A stretch of 64,000 bases of DNA from Candidatus Doudnabacteria bacterium (GTDB lineage Bacteria > Patescibacteriota > Doudnabacteria > UBA920): contig CAVYGQ010000001.1 of assembly GCA_963768175.1 (NCBI GenBank), positions 840,717 through 904,716 on the forward strand. The letters run 5' to 3'. Shown here piece by piece: positions 44,095-51,949 of this stretch; within the stretch, counting starts at the first letter, position 1; every line of letters begins with the position of its first letter. The notes under the pieces are model-generated. The model saw only the letters and a list, made by a program, of their open reading frames with translations, was not told the DNA's origin and searched no databases. The position numbers and the translations under genes are program-made.

Positions 44095-45648
44095 ATGCAA
44101 AACCTTATAAAGGATCAGCAGAAAATCGGCCAGTTTATAGCCGAAGTCCGTGAGCTTAAAGGCTTTACCCAAAGCCAGTTTGCCAAAAGCTTAAAAACCA
44201 GCCAGTCAGCCGTAGCCAGGATGGAAAGCGGCCAGCAAAACTTAACTACAGAGATGCTGGCTAAGATTAGCGCAGTTTTGAACCATGAAATTATTACGTT
44301 GGCCGACAAGTCGGTAAATTTTAAAATAGAAGGCGGGCGGAAACTTTCGGGAAGGGTCGCGGTTAATACTTCCAAGAATGCCGCGGTGGCGCTGTTGTGC
44401 GCTTCTTTGCTTAATGAAGGTAAAACTATTTTTAAGAATGTGCCTAAAATAGAGGAAGTCTACCGGGTAATTGAAGTTTTGGTCAGTCTTGGCGTCTCGG
44501 TAAAATGGCAGGGCGCGGATGTGGAAATTTTGCCGGGCAAAAAAATTACCATAAATAAAATAGACAAAGAAGCCGCGGTTAAAACCAGAAGCGTTCTTAT
44601 GCTGCTTGGGCCTTTGGCTCATATTCTTCCCGCTTTTAACCTGCCTTTGGCCGGCGGCTGCAAACTGGGCGAACGGACCGTGAGGCCGCATTTGTTTGCT
44701 TTGGAAAAGCTTGGAGTTAAAATTCAGACCCATCATGACCATTACGCCGTAAGCTCGGCTAAAGCTCCCGCCAAAGGCGGATCCGCCTCCGGCGGAAAAA
44801 CCGCGGAGGTAGTGCTTTACGAAATGGGTGACACAGTGACGGAAAACACGCTTATGGCCGCGGCAAAAATAAACGGCGTGACCACCATCAAGCTGGCCTC
44901 TTCCAATTACATGGTGCAGGATTTATGTCATTTTTTGCAAAGTTTGGGCGTAAAAATTGAAGGCGTGGGTACCTCCACCTTAAAAGTGCATGGCAAACCG
45001 CACATTAACCAGCGTGTGGTCTTTTATTTAAGCGAAGACCCCATAGAAGCCATGCTGTTTTTGTCTTTGGCTGTCACCACAAATTCTTCCATAACCGTTG
45101 AGCGCTGCCCCATAGACTTTTTGGAGCTGGAACTGTTGAAATTGGAAAAGATGGGGTTTAAGTACCGGATTATTAAGCGTTATAAAAGCCATAACGGTAT
45201 TACCAATTTGGCAGATATTAAGACTTTCCCGTCTAAATTAATCGCGCTGGAAGAAAAAATCCACCCGTTGACGTCCTCGGCCGGAATTAATATAGATAAC
45301 CTGCCGTTTTTTGTGCCCATTGCCACCCAGGCCAAAGGCACCACGCTGATTCACGACTGGGTTTACGAAAATCGCGCTATTTACTATTTGGAATTAAATA
45401 AGCTGCGGGCCAATATAATTTTGGCCGACGCCCACCGCGTTTACATAGACGGCCCGACCGAACTTAAAGCAGGCGAAGTCATTTGTCCCCCTGCCCTGCG
45501 CCCGGCCGCGATAATTCTAATTGCGATGTTAGCCGCCAAAGGCACCTCTATTCTCCGCAACGTTTATTCCATAAACCGCGGCTATGAGAATTTGGTGCAG
45601 CGATTACAGAAGCTCGGAGCCAAGATCGAAATGATACATGGCATGTAA
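44095..45648 (+). CDS. murA: UDP-N-acetylglucosamine 1-carboxyvinyltransferase with N-terminal XRE-type HTH domain
   Basis: 517 aa. Residues 1-70, IGQFIAEVRELKGFTQSQFAKSLKTSQSAVARMESGQQNLTTEMLAKISAVL, form a Cro/C1 HTH. The rest is MurA (KLSGRVAVNTSKNAAVALLCASLL, LAGGCKLGERTVRPH with the active-site Cys retained). In-frame AKGGSASGG insert. Confidence 0.85.
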   Translation: MQNLIKDQQKIGQFIAEVRELKGFTQSQFAKSLKTSQSAVARMESGQQNLTTEMLAKISAVLNHEIITLADKSVNFKIEGGRKLSGRVAVNTSKNAAVALLCASLLNEGKTIFKNVPKIEEVYRVIEVLVSLGVSVKWQGADVEILPGKKITINKIDKEAAVKTRSVLMLLGPLAHILPAFNLPLAGGCKLGERTVRPHLFALEKLGVKIQTHHDHYAVSSAKAPAKGGSASGGKTAEVVLYEMGDTVTENTLMAAAKINGVTTIKLASSNYMVQDLCHFLQSLGVKIEGVGTSTLKVHGKPHINQRVVFYLSEDPIEAMLFLSLAVTTNSSITVERCPIDFLELELLKLEKMGFKYRIIKRYKSHNGITNLADIKTFPSKLIALEEKIHPLTSSAGINIDNLPFFVPIATQAKGTTLIHDWVYENRAIYYLELNKLRANIILADAHRVYIDGPTELKAGEVICPPALRPAAIILIAMLAAKGTSILRNVYSINRGYENLVQRLQKLGAKIEMIHGM

Positions 45649-45652
45649 ATTT

Positions 45653-45683
45653 AAGCCCAGGCAAATTGGCAGGGCTTTTTTGT
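45653..45683 (+). terminator. Rho-independent terminator after murA
   Basis: AGCCC aggcaaattggca GGGCT followed by TTTTTTG. Confidence 0.5.
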
Positions 45684-45713
45684 TTTGTGCTAAAATAAAG
45701 ATATAAAAGCGCC

Positions 45714-48209
45714 ATGGCGGAAACAAACAACAATTTGGGTTTATCATCAGCCGAAGCCGCTAGCAGATTAAGGCAGTACGGCTATAACGAAATTGCGGAA
45801 AGCAAAAGGCTATCCGGGCTTTTGGCTTTTTTGTTAAGGTTCCGCAATCCGCTGGTGCTGATTTTGGTCTTTGCGGCTACGATATCAGCTGTAACCGGGG
45901 ATCCCGTCAGTGCGCTGATTATCATCAGTATTGTACTGCTGTCCGTTATCTTAGATTTTTTTAATACCTACAAATCCCAAAAAGCCGCGGAAGAGCTGAT
46001 AGAAAAAGTGGAAATTACAGCCGAGGTATTGAGAGGCGGCATAGTGACTCCCCTGCCGCTGCGCTTGATTGTGCCCGGAGACGTGGTGGAACTTGAGGCC
46101 GGAGACGTAATTCCCGCAGACGGCAAAATTTTAAGCGCCAAAGATTTATTTTTGAACGAATCTTCGCTAACCGGCGAATCTTTTCCCGCGGAAAAGCAGG
46201 AAGGCTTGCCTATTTTTTTGGGAACCAACGTGGTTACCGGCACTGGCCGGATGCTGGTGGAAGTTACGGGTAAAAAAACCAAGTTCAGCAAAATCGCGGA
46301 AAGTCTGGAAGCGCCGGAAAGGCCTACGGATTTTGACCGCAGCATAAAAGATTTTAGCTACTTAATTATGAAGATAACTTTTGTCTTGGTTATCTTTATT
46401 TTTTTGGTTAACGCCATACTCAAAGGCAGCACTTATATTTTGGAGTTGTTTTTGTTTGCCGCGGCCTTGGCCGTGGGCTTGACGCCGGAGCTTTTGCCCA
46501 TGATTATTACGCTTAATTTATCCAAGGGCTCTTTGGCCATGTCCAAGCACGGCGTAATTGTAAAAAAACTATCGGCCATCCAAAACTTTGGCGCTATGGA
46601 TGTATTGTGCACCGATAAAACCGGCACGTTGACGGAAGACAGGATTGAACTGGTCAAGTACGTGGACGCCGAGGGCAAGCCGGATGAAAACATTTTTAAG
46701 TACGCTTACCTTTCCAGCAGTTTCCGCAGCGGCTTTAAGAATCCGCTGGATGTGGCTGTAAAAAATTTCAAGATGTTTGATATTGGCGGCAAATCCGCCT
46801 TCGCTGAAGCTTCGGCGGATGACTCGCTATCAAATATATTAATGGGAGTCAAAAAAATAGACGAAATCCCCTTTGATTACCGGCGCAAGCGCGATTCCAT
46901 TATCGTGAAAACTTCTCAAGGCTATGAGCTTATTTCCAAAGGCGCGCCTGAAGAAATGTTTGAGACCTGCAGTTTTTATAGCCAGATGGGTAAAAAACTC
47001 ACCCCTACTATAGCCAAAAAATTGGAAAAAGAATATCAGGCTTTAAGTGCCGACGGCTTTAGGGTTTTGGCTGTGGCCTGCAAGACGCTTCCGGAAAAAA
47101 CGGCATACGAAAAAGAAGACGAAAGGGATTTGGTTATATTGGGCTTTATTGCTTTTTTGGATCCGCCCAAAAAGAGCGTGACCGAAACCCTGCGGACTTT
47201 GGAAAATTATGGCATCGCCATAAAAGTTATTACCGGCGATAACGAAATTATTACCAAAAAAATCGCTCAGGAAATTAATTTGCCCGTTTTGGGCAGTTTG
47301 ACCGGGGCAGAGATAGAAAAATTGACCGATCGGCAGCTAGCAATAGATGCGGAGAAAACTACAGTTTTTGCGCGCGTTACGCCGGAACAAAAAAAGCGCA
47401 TTATTTTGGCTTTGCAAAAAAATAAACACGTAGTCGGGTTTATGGGCGATGGTATAAATGACGCGCCGTCGCTTAAGACCGCGGACGTGGGCATTTCGGT
47501 TAACAACGCGGTGGACGTGGCCAAGGAATCGGCCGATTTAATTTTATTGCACAAGAGTTTAAAGGAGCTGGCTTTAGGCGTTATCCAGGGCCGCAAAACT
47601 TTTGCCAATACTTTAAAGTATTTAATGATGGGTTTGAGCTCAAATTTCGGCAATATGTTTTCCATGGCCGGAGCATCCATGTTTTTTCCGTTTTTGCCCA
47701 TGCTGCCGGCCCAGATTTTGCTAAATAATCTGCTGTATGACGGCTCGCAGTTTGTCATTCCGCTGGACAATGTGGATGAGCAGGACATTGCCAGGCCACG
47801 GCAAATGAAGATCCATTTTTTGCGCAGATTTATGGTGGTTTTTGGCATTTTAAGTTCGGTGTTTGATTTTGTGACGTTTTTAGTGTTAACTTTTGTCTTC
47901 CATTATACCAACCACTACTTCCAGACCGGCTGGTTTATTACCTCTTTTGCCACGCAAATTTTAGTGGTATTTGTTATCCGCACCAAGCAGGTGCCGTTTT
48001 TCAAAAGCAAGCCGGCTAAGTCCTTAGTTATTTCCGTGTTTAGTTTTTTGGCTTTAGCCCTGCTTTTGGCCTTAGGCCCGATAAAAAATATCTTCGGCTT
48101 TGCCCCGCTTTCGCTGGCCATGGTTTTAAGCGCTTTCCTTATTACCCTGCTCTATTTAATCTGTATTGAGTTCGCCAAAAGCAAATTTTACCAATATGTT
48201 TCGGAATAA
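45714..48209 (+). CDS. mgtA: Magnesium-translocating P-type ATPase
   Basis: 831 aa. CTDKTGTLT, MGDGINDAPSLKTADVGISV, and an MgtA-like N-terminus (GLSSAEAASRLRQYGYNE). Confidence 0.85.
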   Translation: MAETNNNLGLSSAEAASRLRQYGYNEIAESKRLSGLLAFLLRFRNPLVLILVFAATISAVTGDPVSALIIISIVLLSVILDFFNTYKSQKAAEELIEKVEITAEVLRGGIVTPLPLRLIVPGDVVELEAGDVIPADGKILSAKDLFLNESSLTGESFPAEKQEGLPIFLGTNVVTGTGRMLVEVTGKKTKFSKIAESLEAPERPTDFDRSIKDFSYLIMKITFVLVIFIFLVNAILKGSTYILELFLFAAALAVGLTPELLPMIITLNLSKGSLAMSKHGVIVKKLSAIQNFGAMDVLCTDKTGTLTEDRIELVKYVDAEGKPDENIFKYAYLSSSFRSGFKNPLDVAVKNFKMFDIGGKSAFAEASADDSLSNILMGVKKIDEIPFDYRRKRDSIIVKTSQGYELISKGAPEEMFETCSFYSQMGKKLTPTIAKKLEKEYQALSADGFRVLAVACKTLPEKTAYEKEDERDLVILGFIAFLDPPKKSVTETLRTLENYGIAIKVITGDNEIITKKIAQEINLPVLGSLTGAEIEKLTDRQLAIDAEKTTVFARVTPEQKKRIILALQKNKHVVGFMGDGINDAPSLKTADVGISVNNAVDVAKESADLILLHKSLKELALGVIQGRKTFANTLKYLMMGLSSNFGNMFSMAGASMFFPFLPMLPAQILLNNLLYDGSQFVIPLDNVDEQDIARPRQMKIHFLRRFMVVFGILSSVFDFVTFLVLTFVFHYTNHYFQTGWFITSFATQILVVFVIRTKQVPFFKSKPAKSLVISVFSFLALALLLALGPIKNIFGFAPLSLAMVLSAFLITLLYLICIEFAKSKFYQYVSE

Positions 48210-48284
48210 ACTTTAACTCATTCTCTAGTGCTTATTCGTGCGAATTAGCACTCGCTCGATAAAAAACAAGCCCTGCGATGAGGC

Positions 48285-48524
48285 TTATTTTTTTATCAGT
48301 TTTAACTTTTTTATCCGTGGCCACTTTTTTATTTCCGCCTCGCGCTTAAGCGCCTTGCCCCAGCTCTTGAATTTTTCATGGTAAACAATTTTTCCGCCGC
48401 CGTGGGCGATTACATATTTGGAACCTTTACCGGAATTGTGTTTTTGCTCCCGCTTTTTTAAATCCTTGGCGCTGCCGGAATATAGCGTGCCGTCTTTGCA
48501 TTTTAGGATGTAGAAATAGAACAT
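48285..48524 (-). CDS. GIY-YIG nuclease superfamily protein (UPF0213-like)
   Basis: 79 aa. FYFYILKCKDGTLYSGSAKDLKKREQKHNSG. Confidence 0.75.
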   Translation of the reverse strand: MFYFYILKCKDGTLYSGSAKDLKKREQKHNSGKGSKYVIAHGGGKIVYHEKFKSWGKALKREAEIKKWPRIKKLKLIKK

Positions 48525-48570
48525 GTCTTTACTTAAGTTCGGATTATAGCTAAAATTATAGAGATTTACT

Positions 48571-48771
48571 GGGCCTATAGTAAAGTGGTATTACGCGGCA
48601 TTTTCACCCCGTCACTAAATTGCATACAATACAAATGCTGGGCCTATGGTCCAGTGGTAAGACACGGCATTCGCATTGCCGGGACGCGAGTTCGATTCTC
48701 GCTAGGTCCACCAGCGTTTAGTGACGGGGCGAGTTGCTGAGGCGGGAGTTCGATTCTCCCTGGGTCCACCA
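48571..48771 (+). tRNA. Interrupted tRNA gene: 5' part 48571-48606 and 3' part 48734-48771 (Ala-type acceptor G3:U70/A73, anticodon UUC if joined at 37/38), 127-nt insert
   Basis: Hand fold: GGGCCTA TA GTAA AGTGGTA TTAC G CGGCA TTTTCA | insert | T TGCTG AGGC GGGAG TTCGATT CTCCC TGGGTCC A CCA. All four stems pair. The insert starts and ends with a perfect 13-bp helix CCCCGTCACTAAA/TTTAGTGACGGGG. Confidence 0.5.
48640..48713 (+). tRNA. tRNA-Ala (CGC), CCA encoded, nested inside the insert of the interrupted tRNA
   Basis: GGGCCTA/TAGGTCC acceptor with G3:U70, anticodon arm CGGCA TTCGCAT TGCCG, T arm GCGAG TTCGATT CTCGC. Confidence 0.9.
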
Positions 48772-48944
48772 TTTGACTTCGTTTCAGCAAGTTGAAACTT
48801 CGCTTATGGTTTTCGACCATATTACCGACGAATGTTTATACTTAGATAAAGTCGAATGTCTTGAGCGAGCGAAGCGAGTCGAAAGGCACTCACTCTCGTG
48901 GCCTTCGGCCAAATAATTCCCCCGATAAGGGGTTTTATCGTCTT

Positions 48945-49415
48945 ATGTTAAAAATTGAAATAATCGCTTTAGGAAAATTCAAGGAAAAGGCTTACAGGGA
49001 TCTGGAAGCCGAGTTTTTAAAGCGCTTGTCCCCCTTTGCCAAAATTAAAGTTATTGAACTGCCGGAAATCGGTTACGGCAAGAACCAGGATTTGGGAAAA
49101 ATTAAACAGCAGGAAGCGGAAAAAATAGTTAAACAATTGCCGGACGGCGGGGTAATAATTTTGCTGGAAGAAAAGGGAACATTGCGCAATTCCAAGGATT
49201 TTGCCGGTTTTTTAGAGCGGGTTGGCGGCTTGGGCAAAAAATTGGTTTTTGTCATCGGCAGCGGTATTGGTCTGCACGAATCAATCCGCCAATACAGCAA
49301 CTACACCATTTCCCTGTCCCCTCTTACTTTCCCGCACAATATGGCCAGGATCATTCTTGAGGAGCAGATATACAGAGCGTGTACCATTTTGTCCGGGAAA
49401 GACTATCATAAGTAG
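48945..49415 (+). CDS. rlmH: 23S rRNA (pseudouridine1915-N3)-methyltransferase RlmH
   Basis: ATG 48945: MLKIEIIALGKFKEKAYRDLEAEFLKRL...FVIGSGIGLHESI...SLSPLTFPHNMARIILEEQIYRA. The track ORF start 48861 runs through repeat sequence. Confidence 0.85.
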   Translation: MLKIEIIALGKFKEKAYRDLEAEFLKRLSPFAKIKVIELPEIGYGKNQDLGKIKQQEAEKIVKQLPDGGVIILLEEKGTLRNSKDFAGFLERVGGLGKKLVFVIGSGIGLHESIRQYSNYTISLSPLTFPHNMARIILEEQIYRACTILSGKDYHK

Positions 49416-49509
49416 ATTTAAGATTAAAGATTTAGGTTTTAAGACTTCCCTCACCCGAGGGATTTTTTGAATCCGCGGCGATCAATGCCAAAAATATCCA
49501 AAGTAAAAG

Positions 49510-50805
49510 TTAAGTCTGGTCAAGAGTGTAAAAGTAGTGGTCAAATTGCATCAAAATTAGAAAAGTTACAAAAATAGTAACAAGAAGTAAGCTATAAGTA
49601 GTAAGTTTTTGTTTTAAAAGTTTATAAAGGTGTGAGAAAAATATCCAAACCAAAATTAACATTGCCGGGATGCCCATTTCCGCGGCGGCGATAATAAAAT
49701 AGTTGTGCGGCGGTTGTTTGTCCCACGGGGCTAGTGTTTTACCAGAGATGGTGTCCATCTCAAGCAGGCTCTCCCCTAGCCCAACTCCAAAAATTGGATT
49801 TTTTACTGCCATTTTTATGCCGGTAACATCGTAAAATTTTCTTGCTATAGTGGATTGGTCGAAAAAGGTCGCTCGGGTAATGAGAAAAGGCTTAAAAAGA
49901 ATAAACGAGGCTATAAGCGAAGCAACAAGAATAATTATGGCTGACGCTATCCTTCGAATGCCGGTCTCGGTATGATGCCAAAGAAGAAAACCAAAGAAAA
50001 TAACCAATCCGGCGGCTAGAGCAAGGAATGCTCCACGTGAAAAGGTAACTGTAAGCCCAAGAATATCAATGAATAGCAGAATTGAGTATAAAACCCTAGA
50101 TTTTTTAGTAATTAGGTTGGTTAATAAGTAAATAGTAATTAGAATCCCCGCCACCAGGAAGGCAGAAAATGGGTTTGGGTGAGGAAAGGTGCCATATCCG
50201 CGTATATAGGCTGTTCCACCTGAAACAATTTTTGCCACCCCAAGGATGCTTGGAGCCAAATGCGACTCCCCTAGTTTGTAAAGTCCGATTGAAGATTGCT
50301 TGGCAAATTGAATTAGAGCAAGGATGGATTCCAAGCCACAGAGCCAGGCAAAAAGCTTTAAAAACAAGTTTTTTATGGCATTTTGCTCAAATAGTAAGCT
50401 AAATGTTCCATATGCAACAATTAATTCTAGCCATTTTATCAATAAATAAGCATTAAGCCTTATATTTAAGCTAAAATGTATAAAAAATATAACAAAAATG
50501 GCTAAAATAAGCCATTTTAACGATTTTGCCACGTGGTAGAAATTTACACCACGTGGTGGAAAAACGGTCAAAGCAGTAAAAAATATCAATATGTCGCTTA
50601 AATATAAGGAAAAAGAAGTAAAATCCGAATAATCGCCGATTAAATAAGCTTCTTTTGTCAGAAAAACATGGCGGACAGGGAAAAAGATGCTAAAAATCGC
50701 TAAAATAAACAGCAAAACGAGGATTTTGTAATAATTTTGACTATTTTTAAGATTTATGATATAATTATGCATAATAAATAATTTTGCCAGGACAATGGTG
50801 CCCAT
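49510..50805 (-). CDS. O-antigen ligase/polymerase (Wzy_C) family membrane protein
   Basis: 431 aa with 10 or more TM helices. TFSRGAFLALAAGLVIFF sits in the position of the Wzy_C motif. The start is ambiguous (alternative ATG at 50772). Confidence 0.65.
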   Translation of the reverse strand: MGTIVLAKLFIMHNYIINLKNSQNYYKILVLLFILAIFSIFFPVRHVFLTKEAYLIGDYSDFTSFSLYLSDILIFFTALTVFPPRGVNFYHVAKSLKWLILAIFVIFFIHFSLNIRLNAYLLIKWLELIVAYGTFSLLFEQNAIKNLFLKLFAWLCGLESILALIQFAKQSSIGLYKLGESHLAPSILGVAKIVSGGTAYIRGYGTFPHPNPFSAFLVAGILITIYLLTNLITKKSRVLYSILLFIDILGLTVTFSRGAFLALAAGLVIFFGFLLWHHTETGIRRIASAIIILVASLIASFILFKPFLITRATFFDQSTIARKFYDVTGIKMAVKNPIFGVGLGESLLEMDTISGKTLAPWDKQPPHNYFIIAAAEMGIPAMLILVWIFFSHLYKLLKQKLTTYSLLLVTIFVTFLILMQFDHYFYTLDQT

Positions 50806-50888
50806 TGTAAAATACGCTTATCTCTTTAACCATTCTAGCACAGCGGGTTTTTGTGTTATAATTTTTGAGTCCTGATGCTAAATTTTAT

Positions 50889-50963
50889 CTCCTCGTAGCT
50901 CAACGGATAGAGCAGCGGCGTCCTAAGCCGTTGATGTTGGTTCAATTCCAGCCGAGGAGACCA
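50889..50963 (+). tRNA. tRNA-Arg (CCU), CCA encoded
   Basis: Acceptor CTCCTCG/CGAGGAG, anticodon arm GCGGC GTCCTAA GCCGT, T arm GTTGG TTCAATT CCAGC. Confidence 0.85.
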
Positions 50964-50988
50964 AAATAATCTATGTTATAATAAAACC

Positions 50989-51357
50989 ATGATTGACCCG
51001 GATTTAAAAAGCCAATTAGATCAAGTTAACGCAAATCTGATTGTTATCAAAAATCGAAAGAGTGGGGGAGTCTGGCGTGCTTTTTTTAACGGCGTGTTTG
51101 GGGCCCTTGGTTATGTGGTCGGTTTGGCAATCGTTGTACTCATTTTGGGCTGGTTTTTGCAAAAAAACGGCTTGCTGGGTGCATTTGAGACGCAGCTAAA
51201 GAATTTTACAGACTTAATTGACTCCGCTAAAAATTTAATTCCCAGCAATCAAAGCACCTCAACCTCAAAGACCATCCAACAGAACGGGGGAACGCCAACT
51301 ATGGTAACCTTGCCGAACGGCCAGCAAATAAAGGTAAATTTGCCTCAGGGGTACTGA
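50989..51357 (+). CDS. Membrane-anchored hypothetical protein (122 aa)
   Basis: One TM helix (FFNGVFGALGYVVGLAIVVLILGWFL). The stop lies immediately upstream of a CCCCG..CGGGG hairpin. Confidence 0.5.
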   Translation: MIDPDLKSQLDQVNANLIVIKNRKSGGVWRAFFNGVFGALGYVVGLAIVVLILGWFLQKNGLLGAFETQLKNFTDLIDSAKNLIPSNQSTSTSKTIQQNGGTPTMVTLPNGQQIKVNLPQGY

Positions 51358-51511
51358 CCCCGTTAGAAGTCCAGCATATATCTTTTTAGCGGGTACTTTT
51401 AAGGTGTCCGACTTCTAACGGGGTTGATAAAATAAGCTAAATCTAATAAAATATCTAAGCAACATTTTGTTGATCGTTTAAGGTTTGCCCTACGTAGCCT
51501 TGGCGAAGTAA

Positions 51512-51585
51512 GGGCCTGTAGTATAATGGTAATACGGATCCATGGCATGGATTAGTCGGGGGTCCGATTCCCCCCAGGTCCACCA
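51512..51585 (+). tRNA. tRNA-Ala (GGC), CCA encoded
   Basis: GGGCCTG/CAGGTCC acceptor with G3:U70, anticodon arm GATCC ATGGCAT GGATT. T arm is GGGGG TCCGATT CCCCC (C at position 55). Confidence 0.85.
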
Positions 51586-51727
51586 CTCGACTCGCTTTGA
51601 CTAAAAGTCAAAGCTCGCTCGTGGCCTTCGGCCAAATCGAAGCGAGTTGACTGTCCCGAACGAAGTTGAGGGGCAAAAGTAACTCTCGTTGCGAGGGTTA
51701 TTTTTGTAAGGTATAATTAACCAGATT

Positions 51728-51801
51728 CGGGATGTAGTATACCGGTAGTACACACGCTTCGGGTGCGTGGAGACTGGGTTCGATTCCCAGCATCCCGACC
51801 A
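51728..51801 (+). tRNA. tRNA-Pro (CGG), CCA encoded
   Basis: CGGGATG/CATCCCG acceptor, anticodon arm CACGC TTCGGGT GCGTG, T arm CTGGG TTCGATT CCCAG. Confidence 0.9.
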
Positions 51802-51949
51802 GAGATAAAGCCCCAGTAAAATCTGGGGTTTTATCTTAGGTAAAGCAATGGTATGATATAGGTATGAACCCCGTTAGAAATTTATTCTTTCGGGAAACTT
51901 AGAGTAAATTGTTGAACATATCAAATATCTATTGTTTTATTGTTATTCC

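Noticed and set aside
45649-45713. Mg2+ riboswitch (M-box) upstream of mgtA
   Set aside because: The spacer is only 65 nt and holds the murA terminator and a TATAAA box close to the ATG. That is far too short for an M-box.
48607-48733. Group I or group II intron as the explanation for the tRNA insert
   Set aside because: 127 nt is too short for either ribozyme class, and most of it is occupied by a canonical tRNA-Ala. No P7/P3-like or domain V-like sequence was noticed.
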